A stretch of 64,000 nt of DNA from Eledone cirrhosa (lineage: Eukaryota). The notes under the pieces were generated by a model. The model ran no database searches. It was given only the letters and a program-made list of their open reading frames with translations, and was not told the DNA's origin. Of the stretch, positions 41,690 to 56,181 are shown in pieces. Made by a program: the position numbers and the translations under genes. How positions within the stretch are numbered: position 1 is the first letter of the stretch; the number at the start of each line of letters is the position of its first letter. The stretch covers positions 199,206,001-199,270,000 of the forward strand of contig OZ024742.1 in the NCBI GenBank assembly GCA_964016885.1. Reading direction: 5' to 3'.

Positions 41690-43030
41690 ATATCGTCATC
41701 ACTGTTTTAATGTCTATTTTTCCACACAAGCATGGGTTAGACAAGTTGTGCCATTGTGGAACAAGTCATATCAGATGACCGTGTCTTGCTCATACAGAAC
41801 TGTCTCTGGTTTTGTTTCTACGACTGGATGTATTTCCTAATGCCAACCACGTTAATGGCTATTTTACAGTCTGCACTAGATACTTTTTATTGTGGCTTGA
41901 AAACGATCACTTTATAGTATGGACTAGGCATTTTTTATCATGACATTAACACACCCACTTTACAGTTTAGACTGGGTGCTTTTTGTCATGACACTAACAT
42001 GACCACTTTACAGTGTGGACTGGGCACTTTTAGTCGTAGCGCTAAGGCGACCACTTCACAGTGTGGACTGAGTGTCACCAACATGATCACTTTACAGGGT
42101 GAACTGATAGCATTTAGCCATTTTAGAGCATTGTGAGAGAGCATGTTCAGCTTTCCATGCTTGTATGCATGGGTTGCTCCAGAGAGGTGCATCAGATGTG
42201 GAAAGTGGGAGTGGTGCATGTATGTAGGGTGGGGATTGGAGAGGTAGGTCTAGGATGGAGTATTTAACTGGTGAAGGCTATGTGAGTAAAATTTGATAGA
42301 TGGAAAATGCGGAAACCCATCCCCCACTCTAACCTGATCACCCCATCTCTTTCCACTTCCTCAACACCCTGACAAATTCCACCACACCTATCGTACACCC
42401 ACAACATGCTTTTTCACCTCTTCTCTTGTCATATACTCATGACATTGAACTTGTTGCTCCCCCCCCCACACCTTTTGTCATTTACTCATGATATGTCTAT
42501 CATCTTTCTTACTTCCCTCATTCTATTCTCTCCATAGGGCAGAGAGGGCCTTTCAGTTGAGTCAGTGACTGACAACCTCCCTAGTGCTGGTGCCATGATA
42601 AAACACAATCAGCACACTTTATAAGTGGTATGGTGTTAGGAAGGGCTGCCAGCTGTAGAAACAATGCCAAAAAAGGTTGCGAGGAACCCCCAGTCATGAC
42701 ATGAAAACCTCTCTAGTGCTGGTGCCATGAAAAATGCACCCATTACATTCTGTAAAGTAGTGTTAAGGCATCCAACCGAAGAAACCATGCCAAAAAAGGT
42801 CAAGAGGACTCTTTAGTTGTATCAAGGACATGACAACCTCTCTAGTTTTGGTGCCCTACATGATAAATGCACCCAGTACACTCTGTTAAGTGTTAGTGCT
42901 GAGGCATCATACAGCCAGCCTTTCTTTCATAGAGAGAAACCTTTCTTTAACAACAGAGGTTGTAAAGCCCTAAACTTTGTCCATCCTGTCTTTATCCTAG
43001 CTACTATGCTCTCTGTGCAACCTCATCCAT
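41690..43030. repeat. Cluster of decayed RTE 3' UTR / RTE-tailed SINE fragments
   Basis: Repeated CACTTTACAGTGTGGACTG units (41850-42105), GGTGTTAGGAAGGG..CAGCTGTAGAAA motifs (42580-42900) and an RTE ORF remnant at 42900-43030. Confidence 0.65.
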
Positions 43031-43072
43031 TGCTAATCAACTACTTCTATGGTATGTATATACATACACATA

Positions 43073-44382
43073 CTAGCTGAATGACCCGGCATTGCTCGGG
43101 TTACTGTTGTTCTTATTCAGATTAGTAAACAATAAATATGAAGATAAAATTTTTTCTCATAATTATGTCAAAATATCTATATTTCATAAAAAAATATCAA
43201 AATTGTAATGATAATAGAATTTAGAAATGAAAATCTGTCAATCTTGAAGTACCTCAGGGTAAACAATATTCATTGTGTAATTTTTTTGTTGATGTCCAAA
43301 TGAATAAATTGTTGTTGCTTCCAACTCGTGAGCAACCAACATAGAGTTGACATGGAAGAAACATGTAGTAGAGAGATCAAGTCTAACTACCTTGAGGGAT
43401 TGACCTTGAGATTTGTTAATTGAAATAACAAAACTTAGTTTGACTGGAAACTGAAGCCTCTTAAATTCAAATGGAACCTCTGTAGGTATGAGAGGAATAT
43501 TTAGATATAAACATTTTTTTTTTCAATATTGAAAACAAATAAGTATCAACATCCAAAAGAAATATATATTAATTATTATTTTTGTATGCAGTGTAAATTA
43601 ACCAAATATAAGCAAATGTATTAACTCCTAATTTAACGGTATGAGAAAATAAATATAAACGAACAGGCACATATACACTCACACAAACATACACTTATAA
43701 AAAGCAAACACAGATATACATTCATACAAACACACAGTTTCGCCCACGAACACACATACTCACATAAACTTATAAAAAACACACATACATTCATACAGAC
43801 ACAAACATACACTTTTAAAAAACGCACACAGACATAATATTCATACAGAGTTTCACCCACGAACAGACACACATACACTCACACAAACTCAGAAAAAACA
43901 CACTCATACATTCATACAAAGTTTCACCCCCAGGTTTCGATATATCAGTCTTCACAGAAATGAATGTATACTCACACATACATACTCACACACATGTACT
44001 TGTCAGTCATCACATGTGTAGATGTGTGTGTGTGTTTAATTCTTTGTGTATCTGATTAAATATTTACTTGAAGATGTATGTGTATGTAACTTACTAAGGT
44101 CTAACATGTGTAACGAATGCGTAAACACACTCACAAACATACACACTCCTATACAAAATGTGTCGTTGTAGTATAAAATATCCATTTATTATAGTTGGCT
44201 ATAGTAGAATATTTTAGATAGAATGTTATATTGTTTTAATCCAAATGAAAATAAAAACTGCATGTTGTTAATCCTGGGGTCTATTTTACCTTGTAAAATT
44301 TGATTTGATTTGGTTGAGCCATTTGAGAATGCATACGGAAAAGATAGACAGACAAAGAGACAAAGAATGTTATATATATAGA
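43073..44382 (-). mobile_element. Non-autonomous Helitron with Pif1 helicase remnant
   Basis: Minus strand: A^TCTATATATATAA 5' end and 3' hairpin ACCCGAGCAATGCCGGGT followed by CTAG^T. 43310-43500 encodes IPLIPTEVPFEFKRLQFPVKLSFVISINKSQGQSL. Confidence 0.85.
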
Positions 44383-44668
44383 TGTATAACCCATGTTAGT
44401 ATGGAAAAATGGACGTTAAACAATGGTGATGATGATGATGATATATTTATTTTATATAGAAATGATGTCTACAGGACTAGAACTGTTTCATTCATATGAA
44501 GTCATCAGGACATTCCTGGTGATTTCAAATGAATGAAACAGTTCTAATCCTGTAGAAGTCATTTCTATATAATATAAAGGTGCATATATTCTACCATCAT
44601 GTTGAGTACCATTTTTAATCGTGATCATCTGATCTCCCTCGGGAATCCACCCATAATGTATGTATGTA

Positions 44669-44790
<122 letters not shown>

Positions 44791-46529
44791 AGGTAAAAAG
44801 AGGATTAACAGATAAGTGGTACAGTAGGGTTTATTTCTAGCATTTACATATGTTTCATCACCTTGTTGCCATCTTGAAATCGCTATTCTCAATTATCAAT
44901 TGTGAAAAATCGAATTCAAAAACAGGGGAATATATTACGTTACTGGCAAATTTTCAAATCATTATAGAAAGAGAGAGAGAGATCCTGACTGGTGCCAAGT
45001 GGTTTTGGCTTGTGTTCTCGCACACAAGCTGAAACCACTTGGCACCATGGTCGGGATTTCACATATCTCTATACCCACTCTGCATCTCTCCATGCATTGA
45101 GTACTCTTATGATTAGAGGTCTCCCTGGTCTTGGCACTGCAGATTCTCTTTCACTCTGTGTGTGTTTTCTATGTTTGCATTTTTTTTTTATTATGCTCTA
45201 TCTGAACTGCTAGGTTCATCATCATCATCAACTTCGATAGACGTTAAATGATGATGATGATGATGAACCTAGCAGTTCAACAGTACACAACAACAAATGT
45301 TTTCAGGTCATTTTCCTTGCTAAAACAGTGGTTAGCCTTGTGAGCTTTGTGACAAACTTCATACTCATCCTGGGGCTCCTTTCTCATAAGAGACAATGTT
45401 TTATGGCTGGATGCTCTTCCTGCTGCCAGCCCTTATAGTTGCCTCTCACGAAACACAGAGATATGGTGTCATCATCATCACCATTTAACACCTATTTTCC
45501 AGGCTTGCATGGGTTAGACAGGCTACCTACTAAGTACTGATCAGGTGATCATGTCCTGTTCTTTTGGCTTGGTTTCTACAATTGGATATATAGCGTACTA
45601 AAAGTGATCAATAAAGTATGCACCAGACTGGGGTCAATATTATTGACTTACACCCTTAAAGACAGTGCCTCAGCATGACTAATCTAATGGATGAAACCTT
45701 TATATATCTACACTCTCATTCAACATGCCAGTTTTTTAAAATTATTATTTGGCAAAAAGAAGACAATCTCTGTTTTAGTTTATTTAAAACATTTAATCTC
45801 TACATTCTACTACCGTGTTTTGTTATGATAATTGATGGATTCCAAGTAGAAATTTACCAATAATAATAATGATAATGTAGGTCAAGTCGACTGATGTGTT
45901 GTTTACCAAAGATTCTAGCATCATTCCTGGCTGTTTGTTGGTAACTCGAGCTGCTTATTTATATATATATCATCATCATACTTGTGTGTTTGTGTGTGTA
46001 TATATGTGTATATATATAATTGTATTATTGTTGGTAATGTGCATGTAGCTGTGTGTGTGTGTATATATAATACACACACATGTATATCTATAGGTAGATA
46101 GCGATTATTTGTTTATTTCCGATAACAGTTCATACATGTGTGTGTGTGTGTTGTTTGTAAAGAACGAGAGAAGAAAATACTCAAAATAACGTGTTTTCAA
46201 GCTGAGTGGACTGGATAACACAAAATAAAGTGTCTTGCTCAAGGATACAATGTACTGTTGGGGAATCAAACTGATGATCTTACAGTTGTTAGCCAAACAC
46301 CCTAACCACTAAGTCACAGCAAATATTTACTGATGTGGTACCAAACTGCCTCTGGCTCTACAATAAAATGTTTATTTTTATCTCAAAACTTCCCACCATA
46401 ATTTTATGTCAGCTCTTTTTTTAAGTTATGTTCCAAACAACATGTTATTAAAAAAAAAAAATTGTATTTAACCTTCCAAATTCTTGGTTATCAAAATTAT
46501 CAGTGTGTTTTGTTAAAGTATTTGTTGTG

Positions 46530-46884
46530 ACTCTCAGGGCCCAAATAATTTTTTTGGGGTGGGGCGGGGGGAATAGCGTGAGGGAGTTGGAAAATTGGTG
46601 TTTTTTTCTAGGTTGTCTCCCTTGGTTTTTTTTAATAACCAGAATTAGTCATTTAGTTTACATATTGAGATTCCAACCCTAATTATTTTATAACTTATGG
46701 GATTTTTTGTAATGTTCTTTTTTTATGTATGTTTTTTAATATATAAAGAAAATTGTTGCAGGACTGCTACTACTTAAGATAGATTTTTGCTGGAGATAGA
46801 TTATCAAAATTTAATAAGCAGAGGTTGGAAAAAATCTGAAAAATTATTAAGCGGATGGGGGATGATTATTCGAGCCCCGAGAGT
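46530..46884. mobile_element. Decayed MITE (TIR DNA transposon derivative)
   Basis: Imperfect TIRs ACTCTCAGGGCCCAAATAAT / ATTATTCGAGCCCCGAGAGT. Confidence 0.6.
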
Positions 46885-47578
46885 ACTTAAAAACCTTCCA
46901 TCATAAATTTTATGTAAGAAGCTTTATATTCCTAACAGCCTAATAATTGTTTCTACTTTTGGCACAAGGCCGGCAATTACCCCAGTGTATTACTGATGCT
47001 TTATTTTATCGACTCCATAAGGATGAAAGACAAAGTTAACCGTGGCAAGATTTGAACTTAAAGGGCCGTAACTAGCCTAATAATGATAGTTACAGGCAGT
47101 GTCTTTCATTAGAAATATGGTGACAAGACAGTTATTACATGTTTGGTTGACTGGCACTTGTTTTGCTTTACGGGGTTGATAAAATAAAATATAGTACCAG
47201 TTGATAAAATAAAGTACCAGTAATGTACTGGGTAATTGCTGGCCTTGTGCCAAAAGTAGAAACAATTATATTTATTTACCTTTATTTTAATGGGAAGGTG
47301 GGTGGCTGAGTGGTTAGAGAATTGGATTCACAATCTTCAGGTTATGAGTTCGATTCCTGGACCAGGCGATGCGTTATGTCCTTAAGTAAGACACTTTATT
47401 TAACGTGCTCTGATGTTGGGTTTTAATAGTTTTTAGGATTCCCCAGTTCAGCAGCCAGTAAGTTAAAGAAAATTGATAGTTACAACAATAAAGGCTGAAC
47501 AGGGAACAAATTTTTTAACAATAATTTGTACAACCATAATGGAAATTCCAAGTAACAGAAAATACATAAATTACATTG

Positions 47579-47775
47579 TTAGAGCCTCAGGTACACAATA
47601 TTTTTTGTTCGGCCCTCGAGAGCAAAGATGAAGAGATTGTTTGGCGAGCTCACTCTAGAGCATCCTACATACAATTGACTATGGGAGAAGCATGGTTTTC
47701 CCAGATGAAGGCCAGCCACTTTTAGGGTTTGACCCTGAGCTTTGTTGATGGTAATCGCGAAGCTTAGTCTCTCTG
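47579..47775 (-). mobile_element. Helitron Pif1 helicase C-terminal fragment
   Basis: RLSFAITINKAQGQTLKVAGLHL..PCFSHSQLYVGCSRV...TKNIVY. Confidence 0.8.
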
Positions 47776-47958
47776 TTGCTCTAGTAACATTTTTTCTTCT
47801 GGAAAATCTGACCTTGCGGCCAGGCTGGGACTTTTTGGGTGGCATATCGGCAGTAACAATGACGATAAGCCATCTGCTTTTGTGAAATAAATACGTTTGT
47901 TTATATTTTTTTTTGTGTATGCAAAAATATCTGTACACCAATATATAATTATATGTAT

Positions 47959-48299
47959 ATCATCATCATCATTTCATTTTACGTCCACTTTTCCCTGCTT
48001 GCAAGGGTGAGATGGGAACTGATTCTGGCTTGATTTCTACAGCTGGATGCCCTTCCTAACACCAACCTCATTTACAGTGAGTGCTGGATGCTTTTTTGCC
48101 GTGGCACCTGCACGACCACTTTGCAGTGGAATGATAGGGACCCCAGTCCCTATCATCTCATTTCTACAGCTGAGTAAACTGGAGCAATGTGAAATAAAGT
48201 GTCTTGCTCAAGGAAACAACACATCACCCGGTCTGAGAATTGAACTCACAACCTTTCGATTGCAAGCCCAATGCTCTAACCACTAAGCCATGTGCCTCC
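47959..48299 (-). mobile_element. SINE S1
   Basis: Near-identical to 27678-28023. Confidence 0.92.
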
Positions 48300-49054
48300 A
48301 TAACAAATCGTAATATGGCCAATATATATATATTAAAATAACAGATTAAAGTTTAAGCAAAGAATCGCTGCTTTCACCCTTAACGGGATCTTCTGAAACT
48401 AAAAAAAATCAATCTGTGAATACAGAAGTAAATATTTCGAAAAACGTTGCAACCGAAGGAAAACAGGAAGACGATACTTTGGTTTGTGAAGACGTTCCCT
48501 GGCAGTGAACGGAAAAAAGCGAAGATAATACGTCAGCAATGAGAACAATATTTGTTCAAGGGTTCTTCTATATTTGATATATATTTATCCTTATCGAGCC
48601 CTCTTTGGATTTTAGTCTTCACATTTATTATTATTACTAATTATATATATATATATATATAATTAATTATTGAGAGGGCGTGCGGTATCTTTGCACTGAA
48701 TTAATTATAAGTTGGTTAGAAGCGAAGTCAATGCAGACATGCAGCCAGACAGACATATTATAAGGGCGCGATGTTATTGCTATGTATCTATCTAAAAAGA
48801 CAGACTAAGAAAGAGAGAGGAGTGCCGTATAACCGGAAGTGTTGACATTTGAAAATTTTAAAGAAGTGAATATTTAAATAAACAATAAAATATCTTTAAT
48901 CTTTTAACGAAATTTAGAAGACAAAAATACCCTCACTTTCTTACTTGGAAAAAGTTACATCTTTGGCGAAAAGTGTGTTACATACATATGGCCGTCAGCT
49001 TTATAATATATATATATATATATATATCAACATTATCATCATTATTTTACAGCA

Positions 49055-49248
49055 AAGGCGGTGGATTGGTAGTATCGGTAGAGGGTCCGACGCCATGCTT
49101 TGACGCATAGAGTTACGGCCCTAGCCATTCTGAGTTCAAATCCCGCCGAGGTTAACTTTGCCTTTCATCCTTACAGGGTCGATAAAATAAAGTACCAGTA
49201 ATGCACTGGGATAATTGCTGGCCTTGTGCCAAAAGTAGAAACAATTAT
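49055..49248 (+). mobile_element. Second SINE family (S2)
   Basis: B box GAGTTCAAATCC, then GAGGTTAACTTTGCCTTTCATCC...GCTGGCCTTGTGCCAAAAGTAGAAACAATTA. Other copies at 46943-47075 (-), 47170-47268 (+) and 63141-63300 (-). Confidence 0.8.
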
Positions 49249-50042
49249 TTTACAGCAATTCTCCATGCTGGCATGGGCTGGATGAGTTACTACAGTCTGG
49301 GACCAGACAGGCTGGAACGACCTCATCTTGCTCATACGTTCTATATTTGGTATAATGACTGGATACCATTCTTAATACAGACCACCCTACTGCTTGTAAT
49401 GGATGCATTGTTTGTGGCACCTGTGTATTGAGGGTATTTTATCATTGTGTTAGCACTAGAATGGTCATTTTCCGGTTTGATTGAAAAGTCTTCTTTTCAC
49501 TATTATCTCTGTTTGATCATCAACCAACTCACACTGTAAAGTGGTCGTGATGACGACACAGCAAAAAGCGCTCAGCCCACACTGTAAAGTTGTCATGTAA
49601 GTGTCATGACAAAAAGCACCGAGTACTGAATGTAAATGAGGTTGGCGCTAGGAAGGGCATCCAGCAGTAGAAACCAAGTTAAAATTGGACTGTTTTTTTT
49701 CTTTATTTGCTAGCAGTGGAGGACGGCTCAATGAGATGGATGCTATTAATGTTCAGTTTAAATCGTTATAGGCCAACTCTTGCAAAAAAGACATGTGCAA
49801 GGAGAGAATTCCAGAGGGCTGAGGAAGGATTGGGTAGTAGTTAGTCTAGGGTTTGGAGACAATAGAGGTAATGAGAGGAGGAAGGATGAGTGAGGTGGGA
49901 GTGCCTGTATAGTGGTAACAAGAGGTCTGTCAGTTTTAAGGAGCAGATGTCATTGTAGTAGCAGTAAAATTTTGGGCCATAGCAGAGGTTGGAGCATGCT
50001 TATCAGTGATTTTATCAATCAGACAACTGATTTTTTTCTGCA

Positions 50043-50077
<35 letters not shown>

Positions 50078-50093
50078 TGTGTCTGTGTGTGTC

Positions 50094-50126
<33 letters not shown>

Positions 50127-51949
50127 ACAGTATTCCATTGAGGGTGTTACCTGAGCTTTGTAGAGGGTCAGACGTTTGGGGCTGAAGTATTTTCTGGCTG
50201 TGCCGAGAAAGGCCAGTCTGATAGATATAGTTCTAGCTATGTTTAACCATTTGACCTTGCTACGTCCACTCAATAATATCTAAATAGTAGTATATTGACC
50301 ACTATGTCTACCTTCATTATTGGATTTCACTTGGCTGCTGGTTACTGTCATTATATCTTTGATTTTCATTCAGTTTCTGTTATTTTGTGTTACTTTCTCA
50401 GATATTAGATAAGTTACATGTCTCTGTGTTTTTCTTTGCGTGTGTGTGTATGTGTATGCGTGCCTGTTTGTGTGTATATACATACACACACATATATATA
50501 TATTCAAGCATTCAACTGTGTGTGTCTTTATTTCTGCTTGCTTCTGTTTATTTTTTACATTTTTTCCTAGTCATCATGCTTACCCATCTTCTCCTTCAAA
50601 AACAAAAATGACAGGCTGGTCATGCTTGAATATGGGTTCGTTTTAACAACTGCAATCTATGTTACAAATTTACAGCTAGGTCAGAGCAGATTAAATGTTC
50701 TGACCACAATGTAGTGTAGTGCTGAGGACAGGAAAAAAAATTAAGATGAAATTTATAGTTCCCACCTATGTAGGTTTAGTTTGCCTTTTATGAGGTTGTT
50801 TCTCATAGGAGGTTTCTTGGGTGTTTTAATGATAGATCAGAGTACTTATTCCTATCATGAAAAGTCACGTGAAATGAAACATTTTGCTCAAAAACACAAC
50901 ATGCTGCCTAGGCAAAAATCAAACCCACAACCTTATGCTCGTGTGTCCAACACCCTAGCCAGTTGGCTATGTGCCTTCACTGCTGAGAACAGGTTCTGAA
51001 CCCCTCTCTTCACCCCACCTCTCACCCAATATCTATTTGTCCACATTCTTGTCCTCTTTGCCATCTATGTATATTCATCATCACCATCCTTTTACATATT
51101 CAGAGCTACTGTCCTAGATGGGCCGGAGACCACATCTTGCTTAATAGATTCCCTTTTGACATGTGTTTTTTCAGCTAGATGCCCTTCCCACACCAATCAC
51201 TTTATAGAATGTATTAGATGTATTTTATTGTGGCACCAGCACTAAGGAAGTTGACATGTCTGTGATGTTACTGGAGAGTTTGCTATATCCTTTTTGGTAT
51301 GATTTCTATAGGTGGATCTTAACACTAACCACTTTACAGAGTTTACATGGTGCATTTTATCGTGGTTCCATCATTACCACTTGAAACATTTCATCATGGC
51401 ACCAGCAATAGAGAGATAGTTAGGGCCTTGACGTGATTGTAGAGCCCTTTCAACCCTTTTTGGTACGTGACAGTGTACTGTGGGCATTTTATTATGGTAA
51501 CTTATTGGTTATTTATTTAAAACAACTTTCAAAATAATTTATTCATACAGAAACAGTGAGTAAAACATGGGCACCTGACCCAACTTACCTAAAATGAGAT
51601 GACCCGTCTAACCCATAACCCATGCTAGCATGGAAAATGGATGTTAAACGATGATGATAATCTCTGAATTTCTTGATGTTTTTGTGTATCTGCGTCTGTG
51701 TGTGTGTGTGTACGTGCATGGCTTAATAGTTAGGGTGTTTAACTCATGATCATAAGGTTGTGAGTTCAATTCCCAGCTATGCATTGTGTCCTTAAGCAAG
51801 ATGCTTTATTTCACATGCTTCAGTTCATTCAGGTAGAACAAAGTGAGTTGTACCTGTAATTCAAAGGGCTAGCTTTTGAAATCTCTCTGTAAACAATATT
51901 ATGGATTTGCATGTCTATGGTATGCTCAGGTTATTCTGGACATGATTGA

Positions 51950-52860
51950 CATGGGCAGCTGTGTGGGAAGTGGTATTAAGACTGGTGTGTATAGGATCAG
52001 TTAGCTGGAGTATGAGATCAATGGACAGTTTCTTGTTGTCCTGAAGTCTCTATACAAATGCCCTAGTATTTGAGTTTGGCTAAACAGTGTTAAGTCAAAA
52101 TCATTCAGTATAAGTGTCCAACTCCACCAAGGATGCATACTGTCATCTCTCCTGTTCATAATCCCCATGAACATGATTGACATATGCAGCCGAGATGGAA
52201 GTAATATCAAGACTGGCTAGAATTTGCAGATGACATAGTACTACTTAACTCTTTAGAAGGTGATCACTAACATGCACTTGATAGGTTTGCTGCTGAGTGC
52301 TGCACAGCAGGAATGAAAATCAATGCTGTGACACTCATTCTCTCAAAGAACCTTGTGCAATGCAATCTACATGTGAGTGGAGTTCTACTGAAGCAAGTGC
52401 AGAACTTCAAGTATCTTGGGGTTGTGTTCACAAGTAATGGAAGGTAGGAGGCTGAATTAAGTGCAAGAATTGCAGGAACTGGTGCATCAGAAGAAAGGAG
52501 GTGGGTGTAAAAGCCAAACTCACTTTTCAATTTGGTAATTGTCCAACCATTATCTATGCCATGAATCTTGGATAATGACTGATAGAATACGATTGCGAAT
52601 ACAAGTGGCCAAAATCTGGTTCCTTCGAAGGGTCTTGGGAATAAGGTTACTCAATAGAGTGCATAGCTTAGAGATCAGAGAGTCACTCCAGGTAGAGATG
52701 CTACTTCTCCGAATTGAGAGATTACAGCTCTGGCATGTGGTTAGAATGTCTCAGGAAAGAATAACTAGACCCAAGGGTAGACTCTTAGATGGTTGGATAA
52801 CATCCATAAGCTTGACTGGTCATGCTTTGGGATCTAGCCGGATCAGTTAGGTATGTTTGC
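51950..52860 (+). mobile_element. Old LINE RT fragment (RTE-like), multiply disrupted
   Basis: HQGCILSSLLFII, LEFADDIVLL, QVQNFKYLGVVFTSNG, ESWIMTDRIR..IQVAKIWFLRRVLG. Confidence 0.75.
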
Positions 52861-55800
52861 TTCTGTCAAGACCTACTGGAAGTTCCCAGAAATAAGTCTT
52901 TGAAGAAAAAGAAAAAAGCTATTTTGTTGATCCAATAACTGGAACACCACTCATACACACGCACGCGCCTGCGTCTGTAACCATAAAATCTAAATCTAAA
53001 TTTCATTAGAGAAAAACTGAATGTTGTCACATTATATTACACACTCACAGGATGTCCAGCTATTAATGTTTATCAACTGATATTTAAAAGTAGCTTTTAT
53101 GTGTGTGTGTAGACACATACCTCCCTGTTATTGAGTAGTTAAACTAGTTAGACCAATCTCACAAGGTGCAATGTCACCTCTTTTGAAGGTTATAGTTTTA
53201 ACTAAGTGTAACTGGTAGAAACCAGAAACCTTTCTCTTTGTTTTCTCATCCTACACTGAAAAAGGAAAAAAAAAATGAAAACATGTTTGGCTAAGAGTAA
53301 ACAACAGCTGTCTTGCTGATTGTAAACATGAATTGACCACTCATAACCAGTCATGCATAACCTCTTACTAGGATAGGGACAGACACTTAGGCTGTCAATG
53401 GCAAGGTGAATGTATGATGATGATGAACTGAATATCAAGAATGAATGAAAGAAAAAAAAAGTCTATCCCAAATTGATAGAATTAAATAAAAGGTTGGCAT
53501 CATCACCATCATCATTTTACATCTGCTTTCCATGGCTGCTTATGATGCAGGGCTTAGCCCATAGTTTCTGCTGGTATTCATTATTTTCATCTGTGTATTG
53601 AAACACTGTATTGGAACAGTGTAAAATGAATCTTCATGCTCAAGAACATAACACATTGCCCAATCAAAGAACCATGACATTATGATCTTGAGTCCAATAC
53701 CTTAACCACTAGGCCACACATCTTCACACAGATTGGACCAAGTCAGTACTTAATTGGATTTCTGTGCCTGGATAACCTTAATGACAACTTGGGGGAAAGA
53801 CTAAGTTGACCTCAGTGGGATGTGAATCTGGAGTGCAGAGAGCCAAACCAAGGGCTACAGGAATTTAATCTGATGTTTTAATCACTCTGTCTTTCATACT
53901 TCAACAACAACACCAAGTGTTTTAAGGCCATTTTCCCTGTTTAAAGCAGGGTGTAATCATGCAAGCCGCAGGACTAGCTCTTTTTGTGATCATATTTCAA
54001 ATAATTAATTAAATGTTTTAAGGATGTACTAAATTATTTCATTACCGAGACAGTAACTTAACATATGGTTCTTATATAAAATTGTATTAGAAGATTTTGA
54101 TTTAAATAAAAAAAAACCTTGTCATAATCCCAGGGGCCCTTTAGATCAGTGCTTATCCCAGTTTCCTTTGTATTAAGCAACTGAGAGTACAAGAATCTTC
54201 TCTAGGACAGGACATCAGTCTCATTGTAAGGTCAAATCCCTAGTTAGTACTCATTTTCAGCTGAGTATACTGAAGCAACATCAAATGAGGTATTTTCCTC
54301 AAGAACACACTATGCAATCCAGTCCAGAAATCAAACCCACAACATTAGGATTGTAAGTCCTAACCACTAGGCTATTTAATTGAATTTAAATACTTTAAAT
54401 AGGGACCCTTTAAAATGTGGTTTTCTTTCATAGAACTAGAGTGGATTTTTGTTGGATTGGTATTAAAAAGGTTAATACCCATCTTGGGTTCTTTTTTGGG
54501 TCAATGTTTTACTGCCAGATATCTTTCCTGGTGCCAACATTTTTAGTCACCTCTTTGACATATTGTGTACCTATTCTAAACTGGGTATGCACAGCTATTG
54601 TCTTTCATACTTCATCTTGTCAAATTAGGATTTGGTGTATAATTTCATTAGGTTGACTATTTCTCAGTAGCTTTCTGGCAATCTTCCAGCCTCATTTATT
54701 GCTAGTTGACACTATCTCTCTCTCTCTCTTTTCAACTGTAGTCACTTTGTATCTATGCCAAAAACCAGGCTGTTTCATTTACAATTTTATTACAAATATC
54801 GATATAAATTGACTTGTGTATAAGTTAGAAACATTATATTATACTTGTGTTGAATGAATGGAGACATCGTTGCATAGCGAGGCCTCTTTTATCTTGAAGA
54901 GTACATAACATCTCCGGTGCTGGGGTTATGACAAAATGTACCCTGTATACATTGTTGGTGATTGACTAGAGATAGTGTAGAGTTGAGAGTAGTCTTTAAT
55001 CTTGCCAAGGTCAGAACCATTCTAGTATTGATGCCACAATAAAATACACCCAGTGCACTCTGTAAAAAGGTTGACATTAGAAAGGCAACTAACTGTAGAA
55101 ACCATGCCAAAAAATGGAACATGGACCACTAACCTGTCTAAGAGGGCAGTATCTCTGAATAAAAACTGATTTAAACTGTGATAACCCATTCAGCATATGG
55201 CAGCATGGAAAGCAGATGTAAAAATGATGCTGAGGATGATGCAAAAAGTATTTATGATCATTTTCTTATGCTAAAGCAGGAGCTACCTTTGCAGACCCTC
55301 ATCAGGACTTTATGCTCCTCATTGGGTCTATTGAAGTGATGGTTTATAGCTGGATGCCTTTCTTTCTGATGTTTTATGATATGCAAGCAACTGTGTACCT
55401 ATTCTAAACTGGATACACACAGCATGTGATGAGGAAGAATGCTTATTATGATTATTACATGTGATTGTGGAAGTGTACAGCTTAGTGGTTAAGATATGTG
55501 ACTCATGATCATAAGGTTGTAAGTTCAGTTCCCAGACTAGGTGGTGCATTGTGTTCTTGAACAAGACACTTTATTTCACATTGCTCCAGTCCACTCAGCT
55601 GGAAAAAATTACTTGTGACAACACAGGTGCTAAGTAGTATTGGCTTCTCCCTTAGACAACATGGTGTCATAGTAAGGTGGAGCATGCATGCATAGGCAAC
55701 TGTTGGTCTTCCATAAAACACCTTGATCAACCTTGTACCTTGAAGAGGAACTTGTGAATCATGACCAAAGGCACTTTTTCTTTTTTTAGCCGAAAATATC

Positions 55801-56181
55801 TAAAAATGTGTTTGTTAATTCAAATGTTTACAGTATCTTTACTGGTGGACACATACATCATTATGAACCTTTGCAGTATTAGGATAAAGATTTTTATTTT
55901 TAACGCGATGCAGTCACAGTGCTGTTTTTTATTTCCAAGAATAAGTTGCTAATGTGACTTCATGTGGTTTGTTAATTCAAATGTTTATACTATCTTTACT
56001 AGTGGATAGATCATTTTGAAAATTTACAGTATTAAAGATTTTAATTTTTAATGTGATGCAGTCGGTGTTCTTTTCTCTCTATTGCTAATGCAATATCATG
56101 GTACAGGATGTTAAAAGTTGTTATTGTTATGTTGTTATATGTATTAAACATTTATCATTGTTATTATTGTTATTATTGTAG

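Noticed and set aside
44860-44880. AAGATGGC (YY1-like/start-codon motif) on the minus strand as a gene start
   Set aside because: It is a single short motif with no convincing ORF or exon support.
48820-48905. CCGGAAGTG ETS motif as the UBE4B promoter
   Set aside because: A diverged inverted copy with the same context lies at ~63345-63427, so it belongs to an interspersed repeat.
55807-56075. ~155-bp diverged tandem duplication upstream of the exon; 15-bp hairpin at 58266-58296
   Set aside because: Both are real but ordinary local duplications with no sign of function.
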